Assembly: GCF_018350175.1 (NCBI RefSeq)
Contig: NC_058368.1
Location: 10,602,001-10,666,000 of the forward strand
Length of the DNA stretch: 64,000 bases
DNA from: Felis catus
Lineage: Eukaryota
Reading direction: 5' to 3'
Both the position numbers and the translations under genes were made by a program. Under the pieces are notes generated by a model that was not told where the DNA came from, made no database searches, and saw only the letters and a list, made by a program, of their open reading frames with translations. Positions within the stretch are counted from its first letter, which is position 1. Each line of letters opens with the position of its first letter. Shown here piece by piece: positions 12,588-25,071 of the stretch.

Positions 12588-13799
12588 CATCCAGTGAGAT
12601 TTCAAACCAGTGTTTGCCCTTGTCTTAGTTCAGATGTCATCAATGTGGCTTGATACAAGTTGTCACCAGCTATTCCGTGGTGGGTCATCTTAATCATCTA
12701 GTTAGAATCTGTTTTTCTTAAATTTTCCTTTAATTTCCTTCCTTTAACGTAAGCCTTCAAAAGTGTTCTCCCAATGCGCTATTATTATCTAGAACATTCG
12801 AAAACCCTGAAAACAGGGGGAGGTCAGCAGCTTTCTCTAACTAGGGTCAGACTGAGTAAGGTGAACATAACATAGATGAATTTTCCTGTCAGTGACAGTC
12901 TGAACTTACCCCACCTCCTAGAATCTGATTATCAGGTTATGTCTCTTGTGACCTTGATTTTTCTGGGGCCTCTGGTTCTAGTGATTATCATGAGGTGTGG
13001 CAAAAAGAGTTTTGAAAATAAACATTCAGGCCAAGTCACACGTTTTTTTCACTGAAAAACTTTATGGTAGAATGTGAGTCTCTCTGAATTTCAGACACCT
13101 TGCTTATACAATGGGATAATAATGTCAATGAGCCCAATTTGCAAAATCTTGAAGGTAGTGAACGCTACACAATAAGTTTTTCAGTTTTTTCCCCTTCAAT
13201 CAGTTAACATTTCTTGTTTGTGAGAAACCTAGGACTGAAGAAGACAGGGGTAATTTCCTCTAAGTGCCTACACTCTCTGCTTCGGGCTGCTTCTCCCATG
13301 AGACAAATTTGTCTTGAGAGATAAGTGTTTTTCACAGTTCTAGCAAGACTTTAGAATCTAGAAAAATGTTATAGTGAAATCATAGGTGTCTGTGTCATTC
13401 CTTTTTAAGTGTTTCTGTAAAATGAAAATGATGAAAAGCACTAGTTGATGAGGCTGTGCCAAGGATAAAATGGAATACCCTCTGGAAGGGATTTGTACAC
13501 TGGAAATGGAAATGGTAATTCTAATCCAGACCCAGGAGTGCCTCTTCTGGTCCTGGTCCCAATGAGACCAAGAGAGAAACGGATGGGATAATGTTCCTTG
13601 TAGCTCTGATTAACTTTTCGGGCATGTCTGCCCTCTAGTGGCCATGATCCACAGTCGTTTTTATGGAAGGTGTGACCAGAGAGAAACAAGGAGGCTGGTT
13701 GGGGTGGATAAAGAACTGTTCAACAGGGAAATCAGCCTTGCCCTCAACCTCCTCCTCCATAGGAAATATTGTTCCCATCCCTTTTACCTGTCTTCAGTA

Positions 13800-14015
13800 C
13801 TGGTACAGTGGAAGGCGCAGGGCTTTGGGAGTGAAGAGACCTGATCCCATCATTTATCACCGACCTGGGCCAGTATATACTTGAACTCCCTGGGTGTCAG
13901 TCTCCCCATTTACATGATAGGGAGAATATACCTAATTTGAGAGTTTATGCGGAGGTTAAGTGAACTAATTTATGTAAAACAGCGTGCACCATATCTAGCA
14001 CAATTTAAGCACTTT
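13800..14015 (+). mobile_element. MIR
   Basis: tggtacagtggaaggcgcagggctttgggagtga...gtcagtctccccattt...gtaaaacagcgtgcacc. Confidence 0.7.
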
Positions 14016-14644
14016 AAAAAAGTGCCTTCAAACTTTATTCCTATTTCTGGGTTCAGATTGGCAGGTTACTTGGGTCTGGGGATATATATTTAATCCCTAC
14101 TCAAATCATCTTAGAGCCTTCTCCAAGAAGCAAGTGCTCTCTTTCTAACCCTTAATAAGGGAAAAGAGTTGCCCTAGAGTTTTAAATTTTATAGAGGGTT
14201 AGATAAATCTGCCCATCTAAACTTGTTCTCATTTTTGGTTTCAGCTTTGTGGGTCTATTTGCTGCTTTGACTGGGGACTGATTCTTGCCCACCAGGGCTT
14301 TTGAATGAAACACTTTATGAGGCTCTGGCATAAAGGACTGTCTTGTTATCTAGGTATGTTCCCAGAATGAGCAGATCTTCAAAAGCAGAGCACAGGTGAA
14401 GTTCACTGGGTAACCATTCTCTCCCCTTTCCCTCTGGTCCAACTTTCACATCCTAAACCAAAGGACAATCAAGCCACCTTCTCTGTGCTTTGTTGAGAAG
14501 AGGTCTATATGAGCAACGAGACATAATTTGGTATTCTCAAGGTGGATTTTTTAGTGCTATCACAATCTTTCAAGCGTTTGAAGGGATAGATCCCTAAGTC
14601 TCACAGAGGTAACAAACTGAACGACCAAACGCAAGTTAGATTTC

Positions 14645-14710
14645 CAGTGGTGCACTGTAGTCTGCCAATACCAGTTCACAAGAGCCAATTGTGCCTCTTT
14701 TCCCAGCTTT
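14645..14710 (+). mobile_element. MER63-like hAT end fragment
   Basis: cagtggtgcactgtagtctgccaataccagttcacaagagccaattgtgc. Confidence 0.45.
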
Positions 14711-14714
14711 GAAT

Positions 14715-15512
14715 TTGGGCGAAGATCTGAAAGGAGGTAAAGGGATGAGCCATTCAGCTATCTGAGAAGAAACTGTTCCACGCAGAAAAACAAATATCTG
14801 GCATGTCTGAGAAATATCAAGGAAGCTGGTAGGACTCAAGAATAGTGAGCAAGGGGAGGATCTGTGGTCTGAGAGGTAATCATGATTCTGGCTTTTTCTT
14901 TGAGATGAAAAGCAGGGTTTGAGTGGAGGATAATCCAACATGGACTCACTCACTCATAGATGAGTCTACGCATTTTGGCCCGAACAACTAGAAGGATCAA
15001 GTTGCCATGACTAACGGGGAAGACTATGTGAAGAGCGGGTTTTGAAAGGACAGTTAGGAAGTGGATTTTGGACACTGTAAGTTTGAGATGCCAACTAGAT
15101 ATCCAAGAGGAGACGTCAGTTTGATATTTGATAACATGACCTAGAAATTAAGGAAAAAATTCAGGCTTGAAGTAAACATATAAAATTCTTCAGCATATTT
15201 AAAGCCAAGACATTAGATGAGATCACCAAGGAGATGAGTATAGATAGTGAAGAGATCCAAATACTAAGCTCTGAGGCACTCCAATGCTTAGAGATCATGG
15301 AAGAGAGGAAGAATCATCAAAGGAGATTAAAGAGGACTAGGACTAGGCAGTAAAATCAAACGAGGGAGTCAAGGGAATAAAGTGAATAGGGAGTGATCAA
15401 CTGTCTCAGATGTTATTGACAGGTCAAATAATATGAGGACATAGAATTGACTGTTTAGCTTGGCAACATAGAGGTCATTATTGACGTTGACAAAGCAATT
15501 TTGGTAGAGTGT
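14715..15512 (-). mobile_element. L2 (L2a-like)
   Basis: gagatcaccaaggagatgagtatagatag...gagtgatcaactgtctcagatg...ttggcaacatagaggtcatt, typical antisense L2. Confidence 0.8.
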
Positions 15513-16299
15513 CCTATATCTAGATTATAAAATCAATATTGCAGCTTATTAATTTACTTATATTTCCTTCTATACCAGTGATATAGCAAGCATATCACTC
15601 CTTCTTAGGTGGTCTCACTTATTTTTGTGTCCTGATATACAGTAGGTACTCAATGAATGTTTGTGGAGTATGTAAATATATGAAAAGGAATATTTCAGGC
15701 TTTGACCTAGGATATCACCCCAGAACTTCTGGACCAGAAAAAGATCTGTCACTAGGCAAGATTATACTTGAATCACCCAGGGACATAAATGGCCACTTAT
15801 CCCATTTTTAATAGCATTCTCATTCCATAAGGCTCACTTTTGCATATCACCATCACCATCACCATCATCCAATAACCATTCTGTCAATTCTTCCTTCACA
15901 GTTCATTTTAGAGTGAGTGTTCTACCTTTACTTACCAACTTCTCATATACCTCACTATTAAAACTACCATATGCTAATTGCTACAATATTAACTGTCTTC
16001 ATGCTGAGACTTCCAAAGACCTTTTGTGGCCTCTTCCTGCTCTATATTACACTTATATTTTTTGAAGTATCCTACAATTTAATAATTCAACTGGAGATAT
16101 TATTAAGTATGGTTGCATGCCAGCCAGCGATTACCCTTTGGAGATACAATGGTGAGCAAGTTAGACGTGACCAGGGTCCTCAGGGAGTTGACAGTCTAAA
16201 GGGGTTATGTGGCAGAGACATTATACACAAGCAATTACAACACAGAGTTACAAATACCATGAGAAGGAAGGTACAGAGGCCTCTTCATAAACACGTCTT

Positions 16300-18150
16300 C
16301 TATCCTAGGTCTTCCTTTCTTTACTTTATATGTGCTCCCAGATGATCTCATTTACTCTCTTGGATTCAATTAATGACTCACGAATGTAGATGTCCAGCTC
16401 AAATCTTTCTAAACATATCCAACAAAAGTCTATTGGATCTCTCCTCTTAAGAGTCTCACAATCATCTTCAAACTCCACATGTCTAAAACTGAACTAATCA
16501 CCTCTCTCATCCCCTACATGCATATATACCCACAACTCATTTCTTTCTCTGTGTCCTGGAGCACAGGACATCTGCAGGACCATTGAATCAACTGCCCACG
16601 TAGACACCAGAGCATTAGCCTTGGCTTCCTGGTCTACCTCACCCACTTTAGCAACCTACCATTAGTTCTATGCATTATTTCTTTTAAATATCTCTTGATT
16701 CTGCTCAGTTGTCTCCATTGCTACTGAAATTGTCATTAAATAACAACTGTTAACGTTTATTGGACCTTTGTTAGGTACCAGGTTCCGCAGTAAGTACTTT
16801 AACTATATTACTGCATTTATTCCTCAGAATGATACAACCGGGTTAGCTCCAGGGAGCTCTAGTGTTATTCTCATTTCTAGAGATAAGGAAAATGAGGTAT
16901 AAAGAGGTTAAGCATTTCACGGAAGGTCACATAGATGGTAGGTGAAGGAGCCTTGTAGCATGAACCATGTCATTAACCACTGAACCCTAAATTGAGGCAG
17001 CTATATCATCTCTCCTCTGGATTTCTAGGTATGTCAGCCTCCAACCATACCCTTTTCCAAGCTTCACTTCGCACCAGAGTGAAATATTTCCATTTAAAAT
17101 TCTTTAGTTTAGCTCTGTCTTACCCATAGGATAAATTCTGAAAAGTCCAGCTTTCCAGTCAAACCACTATTCTCCACACTCTGGCCTCTGGTTATTTTTA
17201 GGGCCTTCTAATCCCCTCTGTCTCCACCCACCACACAGCTCTAAAGTACCGTCTTTGGTTTCACAGGGTACTTCTTTTCACCTCTGGATCTTCTCACATG
17301 TCCCCTGTTTGGGAAATCTCATTCTCTCTATGACTGATCCCCTTCTTCACACATCTCACCATTTTTTTTTCTTCCTAGAAATACAGTATTTTGTAATGTA
17401 AGTTTTAGTTCAGATAGCAACTCTTCTAGGAAGGCCCCTTCACCCTAATTCCCCAAGTCTGGGTGAAATGATATGGTAGGCAGGATAATGACTCCCCGAA
17501 GATGCCCATGTCTTAATGCCGAAACCTGTGACTATATCACCTGCATAGCAAAAGGGACTTTGCAAGATGTGATTAACTTAAGGACGCTGGGGTGAGGAGA
17601 TGATCTTGGATTACTCAGACGAGCCCAATGTAATCATAAGGGTCTTTGTAAGAGAGAATCAGGAGAGTGAGAATCAGAAAAGAAGATGTGACAGTGGAAG
17701 CCAAAGTCAGAGTGATGTAGTCACGAGCCAGGAAACACAGGGAGCTCCTAGAAACTGGAAAAGGCAAGAGGCAGGTTCTTTGCCAAGGAACACAGCTCTG
17801 TAGACACCATGGTTTAGCCCCATAAGACTCATTTTGACTGTCTGAACTCCAGAATGTAAGGTAATAAATTTGTGTTGTTTTCAACCACTAAGGTCGTGGT
17901 AATTTGTTACAGCAGCAATAGAAAACTAATACAGATGGCTCTTTACGTACTTCCATACCTTTCTTTCCTTTCTATGTCTTAACACTCTTAAGACGCCATT
18001 TTAATAGCCTGATTACTTGTTCATCTCCCCAGTAGCCCATGAGATCTCTAGGAAAATATACTGGATCACTATTATTCAACGTATATCCTTAAGAGCCAAC
18101 ATGGTTCTTGGAACAGAGCTGATGGTAAATTACTATTTGTTGGATAAATG
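16300..18150 (+). mobile_element. L2, interrupted by a MIR (about 16740-16990, minus) and an MLT1 LTR
   Basis: ctccacatgtctaaaactgaactaatc; 3' end tatttgttggataaatg at about 18150. Confidence 0.65.
17472..17933 (+). mobile_element. MaLR solo LTR (MLT1D-like)
   Basis: tatggtaggcaggataatg...aaaagggactttgc...aataaatttgtgttgtttt...gttacagcagcaatagaaaactaataca. Confidence 0.9.
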
Positions 18151-18250
18151 CTTGTCAAATGTGTAGAAGTTCCACAATTAATTTTCTGTGTTTCTCAATA
18201 AATTGTAACAAGATGTTAAGAGTAAAGCTTTTTGGTAGGTTTGCCTCAAT

Positions 18251-18465
18251 TGTGTGTGTGTGTGCGTAAATTATATATTATACGTATATATATATGGTAT
18301 AGATTATATATAAATTATATATTATGTGTATAATATATAATATATATAACATATAATATGTATATTATATCATATATAATATACAATTATATAATATATG
18401 TGTAATATATAATTATATGTGTAATATATAATTTAAATACATAATTTAAATGTATGTATGTATAT
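18251..18465. repeat. (TG)n followed by TA-rich low-complexity tract
   Basis: About 200 bp of nearly pure A/T alternation. Confidence 0.9.
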
Positions 18466-18661
18466 GGAAGGAGCGATGGTTAGTGCTCTTTCTCTACGAG
18501 ATCATTCTCAGTTTGATTTAGGTTTGCTTGACTTTGCACACCTGGAAATCCACTCGTTAGTAAAGTACTTTGCACCCCTGCAGGCATAAGATCTCTTTTT
18601 ATGAAAAGCTTAAAATGAAGACCTTTCTCACCTACCAGCCTCTCTTCTCTGAACCTTCAGG

Positions 18662-18830
18662 TTAGTGACCTCAAACTAATGGCTAGCAGGTGGTATGAGA
18701 ATCATTTTGGGGAGCTCTTAAAACTAGATCTTGGCTTTGACCTGCAGTGTCAGGATCTTCGCGAGGAGGGTCTGGTTCTCCAGGCGATTCTGATGCAGGT
18801 CCCAGTTGGGAACTTCCGAGACTCAATCTT
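18662..18830. mobile_element. MER5-like hAT-Charlie relic
   Basis: gaatcattttggggagctcttaaaa...caggcgattctgatgcagg. Confidence 0.55.
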
Positions 18831-18979
18831 AAAAGATGAGGTGCAACTATCACTCTCACCACTAGATGTCAGGCTTTTACCCTGCACTCTATGGTTAAGC
18901 CACAGAAAACTTATTAGCCACACCCCTCCCCCCTCTACTTCCCACTTCAAGGTGTCTGGGGCCAAGGGCTAGGATAGGC

Positions 18980-19150
18980 ATTTTCATATGAGTCATCCCA
19001 TTGAGCCTCACACTGCACAACCACACTGCAAGTTAGGCATTATCCCCAACTGACAGATGAAGGAACTGAGGCACAGTGGGCTAACACAATAATTGGTTGA
19101 ATTGGGAGAACCCCAAAGCCCATGTCCTTTTCATTTAGCCATGCTGTCTT
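18980..19150 (-). mobile_element. MIR
   Basis: cattatccccaactgacagatgaaggaactgaggcacag. Confidence 0.7.
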
Positions 19151-19681
19151 AATCCGGTTGGTTTAGACAATTAACTGCCTCGAATGTAGAAGGAGTAAAT
19201 GTTTAACACGTTAGGAGACAAAGAAAAAAAACAACTGAAGTCTAAGAGCAGATCCAGGTAAAATTTCTAGGGTCTTTTCGAAACAACTTTATTACAGTAA
19301 TTTGTTTCTATTTTCATAAAAGGGCATAAAAAGAGAAATGGAAAATGAGTTGAATATGGTGCCTTTTAAATTTTCTGGGTAGTGTTTGGCGATGAACAAG
19401 CACAAATCAAATGCTGGACACATCAAAAAAATAATCATATTCAGGGTAACCAATATGGCCACCTATAAAGTGTGGTACTGTGAGGCTAGAAGGAGTGAGG
19501 CCCACCAAAAACTGTGGTTTTCACTCTGGGGACACACATCAGGAACTTCCTCAGCGCGTGGTATGTGTGTGTGTCTCGTTTGTGCGATGTGCATGTGTGA
19601 AAGAAGAGAGCATTTAGGTCTTTCCACCCCCATTTTAATGAGAACAATCAAGTTTTATTGACTTTATATGTTGGTACTCCA

Positions 19682-19716
19682 ATCGCTTCTTGGCCTTTTG
19701 GCTAAGATCAAATGTA
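19682..19716 (+). pseudogene. RNU2: 3'-truncated U2 snRNA retropseudogene (U2 nt 1-35)
   Basis: atcgcttcttggccttttggctaagatcaaatgta versus U2 ATCGCTTCTCGGCCTTTTGGCTAAGATCAAGTGTA (33/35); TSD 19665-19681 / 19715-19731 (15/17). Confidence 0.92.
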
Positions 19717-21099
19717 TATGTTGGTAGTTCATGTAAGATTCAGCGTTAAAAATGGTTTCCACCACCATTAAAAAGTGAAAACTGCTGATGTAGGGTCTTC
19801 CTACAAACTGATAAACAATTATAATATTTTATGTAGACTTTCCCTCTGCAACATGTTAAATAAAGTACTTTGCATTTATTTTAAGATTTTCCAGTTAAGG
19901 AAAAAAATGTTTAAGGTTCTCAAGGAAAAAAAAATGAAAATTAGGCATCAAAACAGTTACCTTGAAAATCCAAAAGCCATTTAAAAATAAAGGTCCAGAT
20001 AGAAGTTTAATCTTGCTTATTCTTTTTTTTTTCTGTTAAAAGCCAAAAGGATGTATCAACACAAATGATGAAACGAAAACAGAAACCCTTTCTTTTTAGC
20101 AACTCTGTCCTAAATCAGGGTTGTGATGTGTGACAAGGTCTGGGAGGGTCTGTGAAATGCACTGTACTGAGGGAAAGGGCATGGTGGGCTTGTAATGCTG
20201 CTCACTAAATGCCCCCTATACTGCCCTTCCCCCACTCTGCCCAGATTTTAGACTTTTAGAAAGGAGATGCCATAGAGAGTGGGATCAGCACATTAAGCTT
20301 GTATGATTGCAGCCATGTTTCACTTTCTGAGCTGCTCAGGATCAAAAAGAAGAAAAAAAGGTTAGAAAAAATTAATGTCAAGTATAATATAAGACTGGAA
20401 ACACAGCATAGTTGAAACAAATTGGAACCACATTTCCATCATCAGAGTTCAATAACCGAAGGAAGCAACCTTTCTCCTCTTGGGGAACGATATTACTCTC
20501 AAGTAAGGGGAACACTCAGGCCATTTGGTCTCCATGCAAGGTTATGACTAGATCTCACCAAGTCTCTGACAGCCTTTCTGTCACTCATCGCCCTTGGACT
20601 ACAGCCCATCTCATCCCTTCATAGGGCACCATGTCTCTTAGGGGCAGAAGTTGGTGTGGCAGCATTTCCTGGGGATTCTGCAAAGACACCACGTCTCCCC
20701 TGGTAAGTTTGCAGCAAACTTCTCAGTCCATGGGGCAAAAGGGGGCAGGGTCAAGGATGTTATATTTTTAGAATGGAGGCCATTTACAAAACTTCACCAA
20801 ATAGTTCTGTCTAGAATATTCTTATTTCTCAGCTTCCTTATGTTCTCTTAGCGTTTATATTCCAAGTGCAAATACTTGCATATTATTGCATATTTGACTA
20901 TTCTTTTAAAAAGTTTTTCATCTCTTCAGACAGAAATGAAGACACAGCTTCTGAGCTGTAGCACCTCAGAGGGAAGGTAGCTGACATGTAATATTAAATG
21001 GCCTTCCGGGCCTTCTCTGAGTGCCCTTCTGATACTTGAAGTCACTCAGTCTTTCATAACATCTTTTTTTTTTTTTTTTGATATCACTTAACTGTTGGG

Positions 21100-21212
21100 A
21101 TAATAAGATGCTATTCTCTCCCTCTTTCTCTCCCTGTTAGAATATACATTCCATGAAGGCAGGGACCTAGAACAGCACCCGGCATATAACAGTTGCTCAA
21201 TAAATATTTGTG
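21100..21212 (+). mobile_element. L2 3' end
   Basis: ttccatgaaggcagggacc...gctcaataaatatttg. Confidence 0.65.
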
Positions 21213-24200
21213 AAAAAGTGGGGAAGGGCTTGCTCAGAGTGAGGAGCTTAGAGAGGGCTGATGGGAAGGTCAGAGGCAGGACAAGTGCAGGAGTCCCAAC
21301 ACCAGAACCTTAACATCAGAATGCTTCTGGAACATTTGAAAACTGGGTCACCTCTTCCTCTAGTTCCCATTAAGTGCCCAATCCAGGTCAATGAGTAGTA
21401 GATTAGTCAGCACTCCTCTTTCTCAGATGCTGTTTAGAGTATCTGAAAACCCTCAATTTGTTGTCATTTCTGGCTGCAGAAGCTTGATGAAACCATTATC
21501 AAAATTTTACTTACGGCTCTAAATCCTTTTTCTTCTTCTTCCCTTTCCTAAGGCTGTTGTGAAAGGGGGAAGAATTAAGTGCAGGTAGATGGGATGAAGA
21601 GGAGAGGCAAAGATTTGGAAAATGAGGTGGATTTTTTAAGTGTGAAAAAAATGAAGGACAGATTTCCAGTTTAAAAGCACTAAAATGTAAGGAAAACTAA
21701 GCAAATAAAAGTGTCATTTTTTGAACTCAGAAAGTGATAGTTCATTGACTTGATGGGTTTTTAACTCAACCACATGGCCTTTTAAAAAACAACTGAAGCT
21801 AGCTTTCTCACGACAAGTGTTGTTTTCCCCCACCTCAGTTTTTTCGTAAGCCCTAAAGTTTCTCTACATTTAGGCAGAGGTCTGTATATGGATTTTGGCT
21901 TGGATGTAAATCGTTCTTTAATTTATTTCTACATCCAAACTGCTCTTTAGCACTTCTCCATAAGCATGCTTTGAGCTGGACCACTGATTTTTTTATTTGT
22001 AATAAATAAATCAACTTCACTGACTCTTCGAAACTTCCTTTGTCATAATGGGAGTACTGAAGGTCACCAAAGGGCAAAGCGTACAGAATGTTTTAGAAGC
22101 AACTTGTGCCTGGTCACAATTTTGGCTACAGCTGGCTCTGACTGGAATTACATGTCAATTACAGGGAGGTTGCTACCCAAGTAGGTGTGTTTCAGTGAGG
22201 GTGCTCTGTGCAAAGTTCAGAAGGTCTTTGGTACAAAGTTTTGCACAGACTGCCAGTGTATTCTTCCCAGGAGGTGACCAGCTCCCAGGGGCCACCAGGG
22301 AACACTGAAGGAAATTTCGGAAAGGTGAGGTGGAGTCCTTGAGTTCTGGCTGACCAGGTCAGCGTGCTGGCGTCACGGCTCCTAAAATAGGAAAAAGAAT
22401 AGCCTGCGCACCGCTTTGCATTGTTTTGGGTTTGAAGAAAATTCTATGGTAGACATCTTGAATGCACTCGTATGCAAAAGAAGTCATTTTTTCACAGCAT
22501 TCTGTTTACATATTTATAGCACTGTTGGAAATTTCATAATCATAGCCACGGGGAGACTGAAGAAGGTGTTTAAATTCTGTAGCTTGCCAATCTGAATGTT
22601 CAGGAAGGAAAAGAGATTAGTTCTGAATACATGTGTTTCTAAATTCCATATTTCACATCTGGATTGTTAACCATATTGTGGTTAAGCAAAAGGGATCTGA
22701 TTCTTATTAATGCTTTATGTTTATTTTAGGGGCTTTCCCCTTGAGGAAGTACAATTATTGTATTTGAAATATTCATGCATCCTCATTATGTTGTGAACAA
22801 GCAAGATCCATCCAGCTCCCCCCCAGCACCCACTTCACTTCCCTGTCCCCAAAGGAGGAAGCAGAACTTTCTGGACACATTACGATCAATAAGAAAAGGA
22901 AGTTGGGGCAGGGTGGGGAATTTCTTTTTGTAGTGGGACAAGCCCTGGGCTGGAACTAGGAGAAAATAACACAACACCGTTATTGCCTCCAGCCAGCAAA
23001 GAAGAGAAGGCCAGAAGGCCAGAGAAGGCCACCTCATCTGGTGTAGGGTGTCTTCAAGCTCAAATCTGAGGATTAGTGTTGAGAGGGCAGCAGAAAGCTG
23101 GAGTGTAGGAATCTCTTCTTTTCCTTCTCAGAGAGACAATGTGTCCCACACATACTTTGTAATTTGTAATAAAGAACGTTCAATAGGCAGACATTTTGTC
23201 TGCACTGTGAACATGGCTTCCCAAAGGAAAGAGAGAGAGAAAGACAGAAGGGAGACTGAAACAAAAGAGTTTGTGATTAAAAAAAAAAAAAAAAAAAAGG
23301 GAAATTTATGCTAAGTTGAAAAACTATGTTTGTCAAACAACCGCTCACAGCGTATAGACAGGAGGTGAGGAGGTGAAAAAGGAGAAGTGACTTTTAAAAA
23401 GGAGACATTATTGACATATAATCCAACTCAATCTACACAGTATTTTATTTAAAGTGTTCCACAATCCAGAGTGCTTAGGGTATTAAGAATTTCTGGATGG
23501 CTGAGTGTGTTCAGATACCTTTAAACCTTTTAAGCCTTATAATTCATTTTTAATGGAAAATTTTCTAAAATGTGCAATTCCTTGTTTTATGAGACAGAGA
23601 TTAAGTGGATATACAATTTCAATATAATTAATCCTCGGGCATATATGTAGCCTTCATTACTCAATTTGTTTCAATTTGTTCCCTGCCACCGTTATGTCCT
23701 GGACCACAGGCGCCTCGTCAGCACCGGCCTCCCCTTCTGTCTTAACGTTACTTATCTTGCCTCTTTATTGTTAGTTCTGCCGGGGTGTTTTGCTTTGGGG
23801 CGCAAAACAGCACTAACAGTCACGCCCCCTAGTCCTCTGGCCAAGTCAATCAACTGATGGTCCTGGATTAGTAACACTTACAGGTATTTCACCCCAAAAA
23901 GGAAAATGTTGACAGCTGTTGCCTTTTTGCCCAAGAGAAAATTAAAATAAAAACATGGCAATCTATCAGCCATTACTACAGTTATCCAAATATATTGGAT
24001 TTTTTGCGGTGACACACATCCCTCAACCTCCCCCCAACACAGCAAGTTTTTCCCATATCCAATGAGCTCCTGGCCAACTGTCAGGCCAGACGCCCGAGAT
24101 TCGCGGGTGGACATCAGGACAGTAGTGACATACTACTCCTCAGGGTGGGACCTGGCATGCAGGGGAGGTGTTTGTTAAACAAAAAATAGCAAACCTGAAG

Positions 24201-24850
24201 CCACATAACTGATAAGAAGTAGATTTGGTGTTATTTTGCTAACATTCGAGACATCTATTTGCCTCAAAATAAACTAGATCTTAAAGCCAATCGAATCATT
24301 ATAATAAAAAGTTCAAGGTAATCTCTAGTAGGATTCATGTTTTCCCTTGTTTCCTATTATTTACTCAGAGTCAGGGAACTATTTGGTTTTGTTGCATGCA
24401 TATATGTGACATTGGGAATTCTTTCAAATTCATTATGGAATTTAAAGCTTTCAATCAGTTATTATTATTATTTATGTGTGCTTTGGCTCTGTGTCTATGA
24501 ATTATTTTCGATTAATTTATTGTGTCTTGCCACTTTTTTGAATTCTGTGTGATGTATTCACTTTGTCCAGAGTCCTATATGAAAATTCATTCACATATAT
24601 TTTATATTATGGCTGGCTTTTCAGGAGCCAGCATTCTTTGGAAGGCAAAATTGCTATTTGCACTTACAGTATGACAGGAAAGGTGTAGAACTTTATTCAT
24701 CAGCAAATTTATTGCATTTTATATTTAGTGATGTCAATATACTTATTTTTAGTCATATGGTTGTATACCGTTTGCCCAGAATTGTTGGAATATTGCTGCA
24801 TGCACAGCTTAGGATTTGGGGGTTGGTTCTAATAAGTGATGTATGATATC

Positions 24851-25071
24851 TTTTTAAAATTTTTTTAATGTTTACTTATTTTTAAGAGCCAGAGAGACAG
24901 AGTGCGAGCGGGGATGGGGCAGAGAGAGAGAGGGAGGCACAGAATCTGAAGCAGGATCCAGGCTCTGAGCCATCAGCACAGAGCCCGACGTGGGGCTCGA
25001 ACTCACAGGCTGTGAGATCACGACCTGAGCCGAAGTCGGACGCTTAACCAACTGAGCCACCCAGGTGCCCC
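24851..25071 (-). mobile_element. CAN-SINE (SINEC_Fc type)
   Basis: Full head and body; degenerate TSD aagtgatgtatgatat/aaatgatgcgtgatat. Confidence 0.95.

Noticed and set aside
15971..16345. 124-aa ORF with a hydrophobic N-terminus
   Set aside because: Runs into L2-derived sequence; hydrophobicity reflects T-rich DNA
19682..19716. Functional U2 snRNA gene
   Set aside because: Only 35 nt, lacks the Sm site and 3' stem-loops, and is flanked by a TSD
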